The position numbers and the translations under genes are program-made. A stretch of DNA of 63,971 nt, the filler included, from Phoronis australis (lineage: Eukaryota; Animalia; Phoronida): NCBI GenBank assembly GCA_002633005.1. It is 12 parts of 12 records of this genome, joined end to end, with 100 filler letters (N's around TTAATTAATTAA, not from the genome) between each part and the next. Parts side by side here need not be neighbours in the genome. Positions count along the whole stretch, not along the records: positions 60,892 to 63,971 come from NMRA01000070.1; 11 more parts are not named here. One strand, written 5' to 3'. This document shows positions 63,520 through 63,971 of the stretch, in pieces. Numbering within the stretch: the first letter of the stretch is position 1; each line of letters starts with the position of its first letter. Under the pieces are notes generated by a model. That model was not told the origin of the DNA, searched no databases, and saw only the letters and a list, made by a program, of their open reading frames with translations.

Positions 63520-63971
63520 TTTAAATATAAGTCATAAACTTTGTCATAGTGTTTAGCACAGACTGAATAAAGTTCTTGGAAAATGGATTCACCTAGAGCA
63601 TACATGTTTTTTATCTGGTCCGTGTATTGGTGAAAACACCCAAAGTATTTCTAACATTTTGCATAATGTCTACTCAAGAAAACTTCCTTGTCTTGTAAAA
63701 ATAGAAGACTGTGAAAAAGCATTTGATTCATTGTCCTGAAGTTTCGTGTTTAATGTTCTTAAGATGTTTGGGTTTGGAGATACTTTTTGTAAAAGGACAA
63801 AATGTTAATTAAAACTTTTTAACCTTGCTTCAAGCAATATTGCATTACCTCAGACTTTTTCAAAGTTGATCGAGGGTGCAAACAAGGGGACCCAGTCTCG
63901 CCTTAGTCTTTGTGCCTTGCTCTGAAGTGTTGGGCTACATGTTTAGAAATAGTAATGAAGTACAGGGAGAC
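63520..63971 (+). mobile_element. Decayed Tx1/L1-type reverse transcriptase fragment
   Basis: RLNKVLGKWIH..TCFLSGPCIGEN, DCEKAFDSLS*SFVFNVLKMFGFG, FFKVDRGCKQGDPVSP; stops and frameshifts. Confidence 0.8.

Overview
This is animal (probably marine invertebrate) nuclear DNA, not a prokaryotic locus, and it is not one continuous region. Twelve small scaffolds are joined by eleven identical 100-bp artificial linkers (N44-TTAATTAATTAA-N44), so adjacency across linkers means nothing. Most of the ORF track comes from a stop-free 10-bp satellite (1-2540 and 6095-9837, in opposite orientations). Coding content I can support: one intact single-exon TRIM-NHL gene (31886-33685), an intron-containing but disabled BIRC6 fragment (2907-4040), single exons of POLR1A (24586-24809) and YME1L1 (59646-59719, minus), and a likely terminal exon of a single-pass membrane protein (60457-60644). 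The rest is transposable-element debris: a decayed CR1/L2-type LINE with a nested LINE 3' end, a Tx1/L1 RT fragment, a TTAA-flanked internally deleted Kolobok, a ~150-bp MITE family with four distinct 5-bp TSDs, Harbinger-type MITEs, a sub-TIR Helitron/Helentron-like family, tRNA-SINE heads and many minisatellites. I see no convincing new multi-gene system. The best leads are the inverted satellite arms enclosing the BIRC6 fragment, the 5-bp-TSD MITE and the Kolobok derivative. All homology calls are from recognising motifs by eye; no searches were run.
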